Source of the DNA: an uncultured Oligoflexales bacterium
GTDB taxonomy: Bacteria; Bdellovibrionota_B; Oligoflexia; Oligoflexales; CAZLMG01
DNA length: 64,000 bases
Direction: 5' to 3'
NCBI GenBank assembly: GCA_964560765.1
Contig: CAZLMG010000003.1
Location: forward strand, 41,705-105,704
Shown in pieces: positions 59,057 through 64,000 of this stretch; the first letter of the stretch is position 1; every line of letters starts with the position of its first letter. A program made the translations under genes and the position numbers. The notes under the pieces are model-generated. The model did not search any database and was not told the origin of the DNA. It worked only from the letters and a program-made list of their open reading frames with translations.

Positions 59057-61501
59057 CTAATAGAGGACTGGCAGCGGATCGGCGCTGCTCTTACTGCCAA
59101 TGCCATTGCCCAACTGTCCTTTGCCATTATCACCCCAGCAATAGGCCTGACCCTGGGTACCACGCAACCCGCACATGAATTGGTTGCCTCCAGCCATATC
59201 GCGCAAATAATTTTGCCCAGCTTCGACTCCTGGCAGGATCTTCTTCCACGCCCCTACTGCGATCGAGCAAGGGAAAATGTGGTCGCCCTGGTAGCAAATG
59301 TTTCCAACGTTGTTGACGAGATCCATCAGGATTTGGCCATGGCTATTATCACCAGCACACATGGAACGCGTATTACTACGCACGCATGTTGAATCACCGA
59401 ATTTCGTGGCAGCCACTTGATCACCGCGGAACGAACTCTTGGCTTTTCCGTACCACATCTCAAATAGCGTGGCGTCTCGCCGTCCGCGGAAATAGCGGCC
59501 GAGCTGCCCAAATGCGTTATTGCCGAAGCAATAAGTACGCTGCGCTCTGATGATACAAGAGTGCCGACGACCGGCTGAAATATCTGTATATGAATAGTTG
59601 CTTGGAGTTGAAAAAACCAACTCAGCGGAATCAACGCAAGAAAGTGTCGAATCACCATCCGCGCAGTCTGCACTGGTCGCCAAGCCTAATTGACCATGCT
59701 CATTAAGGCCCCAACCATAAACTTTGCCATTGCTCAGTCGCGCCAAGAAGTGCAGGCCACCCGCTACAATATCAACGACCGATGACTCTGGCAGCCCAAT
59801 GACAGCGACTGGCGTCAGCTGATTACCAGTCAGAGTTCCGTTATTGCCAATCTGCCCGTAGCCACGATAGCCCCAACAAAATACGTTATTGGTGATGCCT
59901 CCGGTATTATCGCGAGAGAGAGCACAGGTTGCTGTGGAGCCCGCCGCAACCATATGGAAGGTCTGATCGGCTCCAGGAAGCGAAGACACGTTCACGACAG
60001 TGGGCTGTTTGACGCTGGTCGTGTTGCCAGTACCAAGCTGTCCGCGATCGTTGGCACCCCAACAATAAAGCACGTTCCCTGTGGTGATGGCGCAGGTATG
60101 ATTCAAGCCAGCATCGACATCAATGTACGTCTCGGCCCCGACAACAAGAGCATAGGGCGACGCATCCGCCGGCACTCCATCCGTTCCCAGCTGTCCGAAT
60201 GCGTTGCTGCCCCAGCAGGCGATCTTGCCGTCGACCCGCATACCGCAAGCATGCTCACCACCGGCACTTACGGTCGTAAAGATCGCATGTTCACCTGTGG
60301 GCGGCGGCGGACCGGCTGGCAATCCCGCAATGGTGAACTGAGTCACATCGGGACGGCCGACAACGCGCTCGGCAGAAATTGGACATGCGGCTAAATAGTA
60401 AGTTCCAGCAATTAGCTCGGACACATCGATGAGAAACCCAGTATTCTCATCAGCAGCAGCTGCCCACTTAAAATCGGCGCCGCTGCAATCGGTTGGCACG
60501 GGTGTGCGTGTAGGATCATCATCGTTGATGCGAGTTGCCGCCAGAATGACGATAGCAACATCCGCAAACGGACACTGTGCGCCGCTCGCACCGTCGCCAC
60601 CTGACTGATCATCGACGGAGCCATCCTCAGCATAGGTCCAAGTGGTTGGTGGGCCATATTCCAAATTCATGATCGGTCGCGGATATGTCGCTAGCAAATA
60701 GTCACCGAACATGGCGCCGCTGCACGAATCCCCACCAGATCCGGAGGAGCCCTCGCCCGACGAAGTAGAGCTTGTTGTTGTGGAAGAAGATGATGTTGTT
60801 GTTGAGGATGATGATTCACCGCTAGAAGATGACGAACTACTCGTCGAACTAGACGATGATGTTGAGGAGCTCCCTGTAAGATTTGCCGCAACAATGCCAA
60901 CAAAACACTTGGCATGTGATTCCAGAGTGGAAAGGGTCAGCGTCAATTGCCGGAAGCTAACGCCACCCTTATCGACTGTTACCTCTCTCACAGAGACTGC
61001 ATCTCCATCAAACACTCTCTTGACGCCGCCAGAGAATGTACAGAATAGGGAATAGTTTTCAGATGCGGCGCCGGCAACGAGGAAGATCTGCAGTCGTAAA
61101 GGAATGGTCAAGGAGGACAAAGCATCCCCGTTGAATATCGAATACTCTATCGTGGGCGATGCAAACGAAACTCCCGCGATTTCGGCTGGGTTGTCGACCG
61201 TGTCGAGTACACCCCCTGTGACTCCTTCTTGAAACATCACATCCACCTGAGCGGAAAATGTGACCAGTGCTAGTCCGCTTTCTGCAGCATCCTGTCGATC
61301 AGACGACGAGACCGGCATATCATCACGCATGTTCTGGTAGTTCTCTGCCGATGTTGTATTGACCGTCACAACACCTGCGCCAGACTTAGAGCCGCCCGAG
61401 CCACTCGATTTCTTGGCGCAAGAAGTAAAAACCAACGGGACGGCAACCAAACTGGAGTATGCCAGCAACCGGATTAAAGCTTGTTCCAACCACAATCTCA
61501 T
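59057..61501 (-). CDS. RCC1-repeat (beta-propeller) lipoprotein with Ser/Thr-rich linker
   Basis: Lipobox VPLVFTSC. Repeated RCC1 signatures: GGEHACGMRVDGKIACWGSNAFGQLG, LNHTCAITTGNVLYCWGANDRGQLG, YCWGDNGKGQLG. GAAGG lies 5 nt before the ATG. Confidence 0.8.
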   Translation of the reverse strand: MRLWLEQALIRLLAYSSLVAVPLVFTSCAKKSSGSGGSKSGAGVVTVNTTSAENYQNMRDDMPVSSSDRQDAAESGLALVTFSAQVDVMFQEGVTGGVLDTVDNPAEIAGVSFASPTIEYSIFNGDALSSLTIPLRLQIFLVAGAASENYSLFCTFSGGVKRVFDGDAVSVREVTVDKGGVSFRQLTLTLSTLESHAKCFVGIVAANLTGSSSTSSSSSTSSSSSSSGESSSSTTTSSSSTTTSSTSSGEGSSGSGGDSCSGAMFGDYLLATYPRPIMNLEYGPPTTWTYAEDGSVDDQSGGDGASGAQCPFADVAIVILAATRINDDDPTRTPVPTDCSGADFKWAAAADENTGFLIDVSELIAGTYYLAACPISAERVVGRPDVTQFTIAGLPAGPPPPTGEHAIFTTVSAGGEHACGMRVDGKIACWGSNAFGQLGTDGVPADASPYALVVGAETYIDVDAGLNHTCAITTGNVLYCWGANDRGQLGTGNTTSVKQPTVVNVSSLPGADQTFHMVAAGSTATCALSRDNTGGITNNVFCWGYRGYGQIGNNGTLTGNQLTPVAVIGLPESSVVDIVAGGLHFLARLSNGKVYGWGLNEHGQLGLATSADCADGDSTLSCVDSAELVFSTPSNYSYTDISAGRRHSCIIRAQRTYCFGNNAFGQLGRYFRGRRDATLFEMWYGKAKSSFRGDQVAATKFGDSTCVRSNTRSMCAGDNSHGQILMDLVNNVGNICYQGDHIFPCSIAVGAWKKILPGVEAGQNYLRDMAGGNQFMCGLRGTQGQAYCWGDNGKGQLGNGIGSKSSADPLPVLY
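60725..60874 (-). repeat. About 50-codon near-pure Ser/Thr(/Gly) low-complexity tract inside the RCC1 lipoprotein gene
   Basis: It encodes GSSSTSSSSSTSSSSSSSGESSSSTTTSSSSTTTSSTSSGEGSSGSGGDS. The DNA is rich in short GAT/GTT/GAA-type triplet reiterations on the plus strand. Confidence 0.8.
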
Positions 61502-61515
61502 AAAAACCTTCGTAA

Positions 61516-63177
61516 CTAAGGTGTCAGGGTTGAGCCAAAGTCGGACTCACTCATGACCTCGGACCGAAGCTGAAGTTGCCAGTTATTCCGATTCAGGACG
61601 CGCAAGTTCGGCAGCTGATCTGTCTTCAAATCTTTTGGCAATTCGTTCTCATAGAAGTTTGTGTCCCATTGATCACGGGTCAGAAACGTGCGCTTGGAGT
61701 TTCCGGTGTTGAGTCCAGAAAAATGCGCAAAATTGCCGATCACATTGTAGAACTTAAGGTCATCACCGACGTATGTGGCGCGATCACCCAACATCGAACA
61801 AACATTACAGATCTCAGGGCTTCCATTGAGCACAAGTGGCATCAAGAGAGACACAACGCTGCCATTGTTGCGAAAAATACACATGTCGCGCAATGCATGG
61901 ATAACATCAGCATGACTTACCCCGCCAGACTTCAAGCAGAGGTCCTGGGGCAAGTCAGCAAGGCTACGTGGTCTGACCGTCGAAACCGCATCGAAAGCAT
62001 CCCTCAGAGTCGAACCAAGTGTCGCACAGGAACTTGTGACTTGCGGATGCCGCAACAAGGTCGAAACCCATTCATCGTGGTGCTTGGAAATGCTGTTGGT
62101 TTCCAACGCCAACCCCGGAACATCCTGATACAACGGCACATTCTTGGCGGGGATGTAGCCCATCGCTTGCACGCCATATGGGTTTGAAGAACGACGATAG
62201 ACGATCTGGGCCAATTCCACGTCGCCGTTTGAGCGCGCATAGTGGCGTGGTGAAACAGAGTCGGCCGATGGCTCATCCGCATCCTCGATATACCACTCGT
62301 ATGCCGCCGCTGCCGAAACATAGCTTGTCAGGTTTTGATCATCTTTGCGGACAGCTTCGCGCGAATACAATGCCGTCATACGCGGCGTGCCGGAGTCTGG
62401 GCTCTCGTAGCCGTACACCATAAGCATCTGGCCAGCGTAGGTGTCGTAATCAGCGTAAAAATGCCGCGCTGGAGATCCCGTCAAACTCACGAATTTGACC
62501 TTGGCATCCTCGGGTTTATTGGCGTTCTTCTTTGTACCGCATTGGTGGCCGTTGCCATAACGAACCCATTCGATGTGATAGGTGTTCTTGAAGCCAGAAT
62601 CTGCCGGTTCCCACAGTTCCATACGCAGTTTAGGTAGGCCTCGCTCTTTACCGACATCCCGCACCCTCGCAAAGGAGGTTTGTCCATTCTCATTGCGATA
62701 ACGCCAAGTCAGCGCAGTGCCGCTATTCACTCGGATCCCAAAATCTTCGCAGTATAGCCTTGAAAAAACCCCAGTCTTCTCACCAAAGAGAAAATTGGAC
62801 TTGGTTACGATCTCCATCATCATCTCATCGACCAAAGTTAGCACCCGTGCCGGGACCTCGAATAGCTCCCCATAAGCTTGCGGAATCCCCTCGCCACCAG
62901 CGATGTCACAAGCGGATCCACTGCCCATGCTTCGGGTCGCCGTGTCTTCATACGAGCCGTCCGCAACGTTAGAAACCTTGCCAGCTTGATCTTCGAGGAA
63001 TTTTGTATTGATCAGATTAAAACTGCTGCCACTGCTGCTTGTGCGGGGTGTCGTGGCACCGGTAGTGCTAGTGGTCGGCTCATCCGACTTGTTACAAGCA
63101 ATGACGAAACTAACACACAGCGCAATTCGGACGAACCGCCGAACCTTCATCAACTGCAATGTTACGGAATGCATCAT
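61516..63177 (-). CDS. Lipoprotein of unknown function
   Basis: Lipobox ALCVSFVIAC, followed by a Thr/Ser-rich linker. The alternative start is ATG 63150 (MKVRRFV...). The stop lies 14 nt before the RCC1 gene start. Confidence 0.55.
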   Translation of the reverse strand: MMHSVTLQLMKVRRFVRIALCVSFVIACNKSDEPTTSTTGATTPRTSSSGSSFNLINTKFLEDQAGKVSNVADGSYEDTATRSMGSGSACDIAGGEGIPQAYGELFEVPARVLTLVDEMMMEIVTKSNFLFGEKTGVFSRLYCEDFGIRVNSGTALTWRYRNENGQTSFARVRDVGKERGLPKLRMELWEPADSGFKNTYHIEWVRYGNGHQCGTKKNANKPEDAKVKFVSLTGSPARHFYADYDTYAGQMLMVYGYESPDSGTPRMTALYSREAVRKDDQNLTSYVSAAAAYEWYIEDADEPSADSVSPRHYARSNGDVELAQIVYRRSSNPYGVQAMGYIPAKNVPLYQDVPGLALETNSISKHHDEWVSTLLRHPQVTSSCATLGSTLRDAFDAVSTVRPRSLADLPQDLCLKSGGVSHADVIHALRDMCIFRNNGSVVSLLMPLVLNGSPEICNVCSMLGDRATYVGDDLKFYNVIGNFAHFSGLNTGNSKRTFLTRDQWDTNFYENELPKDLKTDQLPNLRVLNRNNWQLQLRSEVMSESDFGSTLTP

Positions 63178-63264
63178 GCCTGTTTCCCGAGATACAAGTC
63201 ACTGTTCTAACCCCCATCGGCGAGAACCCGCCCAAAAATGAGCGGGTCGTTTTTTAACGCATAA

Positions 63265-64000
63265 TTACAGATGGTTGTGATCGTTTCGACGGGAGCTAAA
63301 GCCAGTAGCCCCCGCCCGCAATGTGGCGATTTCGTTAGACCACTCTTCCTCGACGGTGCGGTTCCATTCCTCCTTGATGCGCTGCTGCTGCTCCGTCGAT
63401 TGGAAAGTTGCCGCAAGTCCACTCAATAGCCAAGACGCACCTTGGCAGTAAAGATGCAGTCCACAGGTCGCATTCAATCCCTTGGCGAGCACCACAGCAC
63501 CAGCCTTCGGCGGCAAACCAACTGAAACAGGCATTTCGCCACCAGCAGGTACCGGCGCTGGCTGCCCCATGCGTAGCAAGACCCGGTTCATCAGATCCTG
63601 CTTCAGTTGCAGCTCAATTTGCTGCCGCTCAGCGGGCGAAATCTTCTGATCCGGGTCATTGCTTGCCCACTGAATCTTGAAGGCGTCGCGATCGATCTTT
63701 TTGGTGATGGAATTCGCATAAGCCTGAGATGAAAAGAAGCCGCCCTCGGTGCCGCTTCGCTTTAAGACATCAAAGAATTTGTACAGATTGTAAGAAGCGA
63801 CAATGCGATGCTTGAAGGCCACCGGGTACTCATAGCTAGCGCCGATTGCAAAGAGTGGCGTTCCATCTGCCGCGCGCTCTGGATTCACGCTTGTTCCCGC
63901 AAAAAATTCAGGATCGTGTAGCGGGCAAGCTCCCAAGGTCGACAGACGAAGAGTGCCCGTAATCACCGATTGCAGAGCACTGCGCTGCTGATAAGACTCC
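63265..64000 (-). CDS. Hypothetical protein, 5' end probably outside the window
   Basis: The reading frame stays open from 63966 to the window edge (…ESYQQRSALQSVITGTL…), so the GTG at 63966 is probably internal. No family recognised. Confidence 0.45.
   Translation of the reverse strand, partial: ESYQQRSALQSVITGTLRLSTLGACPLHDPEFFAGTSVNPERAADGTPLFAIGASYEYPVAFKHRIVASYNLYKFFDVLKRSGTEGGFFSSQAYANSITKKIDRDAFKIQWASNDPDQKISPAERQQIELQLKQDLMNRVLLRMGQPAPVPAGGEMPVSVGLPPKAGAVVLAKGLNATCGLHLYCQGASWLLSGLAATFQSTEQQQRIKEEWNRTVEEEWSNEIATLRAGATGFSSRRNDHNHL

Noticed and set aside
60711-61055. 114-aa hyper-acidic plus-strand ORF
   Set aside because: It is the mirror image of the Ser/Thr codon tract of the RCC1 lipoprotein gene on the opposite strand.

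Overview
This is a 64-kb chromosomal segment from a moderately GC-rich Gram-negative bacterium. I count about 55 protein-coding genes. By eye I found no rRNA or tRNA genes, CRISPR arrays, transposases or integrases. Housekeeping anchors are eno, pepA (M17), tlyA, rlmN, pfk, epmA, coaD, rsmD, speA and yaiI. Accessory envelope and signalling blocks lie between them. (i) A lipoprotein island at 0.9-8.8 kb holds a metzincin, a TIGR02147/DUF4423-like protein and a catalytically dead metzincin paralogue. (ii) A secreted papain-like protease sits behind a C8A10 homopolymer tract. (iii) A minimal cheA-cheW pair is headed by a STAS+Cys4 protein, and CheA carries tandem acidic DDDEAARLLAEME repeats. (iv) A 1741-aa helical-repeat giant is flanked by a pseudo-receiver and a HEAT-like protein. 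(v) A Pot/Fbp-type ABC importer is present, with an orphan binding-protein paralogue inside a FapA(DUF342)-SBP-DUF4301 operon. (vi) There is a REC-like/PilZ protein. (vii) A Lon-like (COG1067-type) protease is translationally coupled to epmA. (viii) The most interesting block is a five-gene, tightly coupled operon at 48.2-52.9 kb. It encodes an Ig/FecR-like/TPR/beta-barrel protein, three small N-anchored proteins and a compact CpaC-like secretin, with no ATPase, platform or pilin gene nearby. (ix) A cluster of secreted proteins at 57-64 kb includes an RCC1-repeat lipoprotein. A 35-codon hyper-basic ORF (43506..43613), absent from the ORF track, looks like a bS22-type small basic protein. The gene content is reminiscent of Bdellovibrionota/Oligoflexia or Myxococcota, but that is inference only. 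All family calls rest on by-eye motif recognition; no searches were run.
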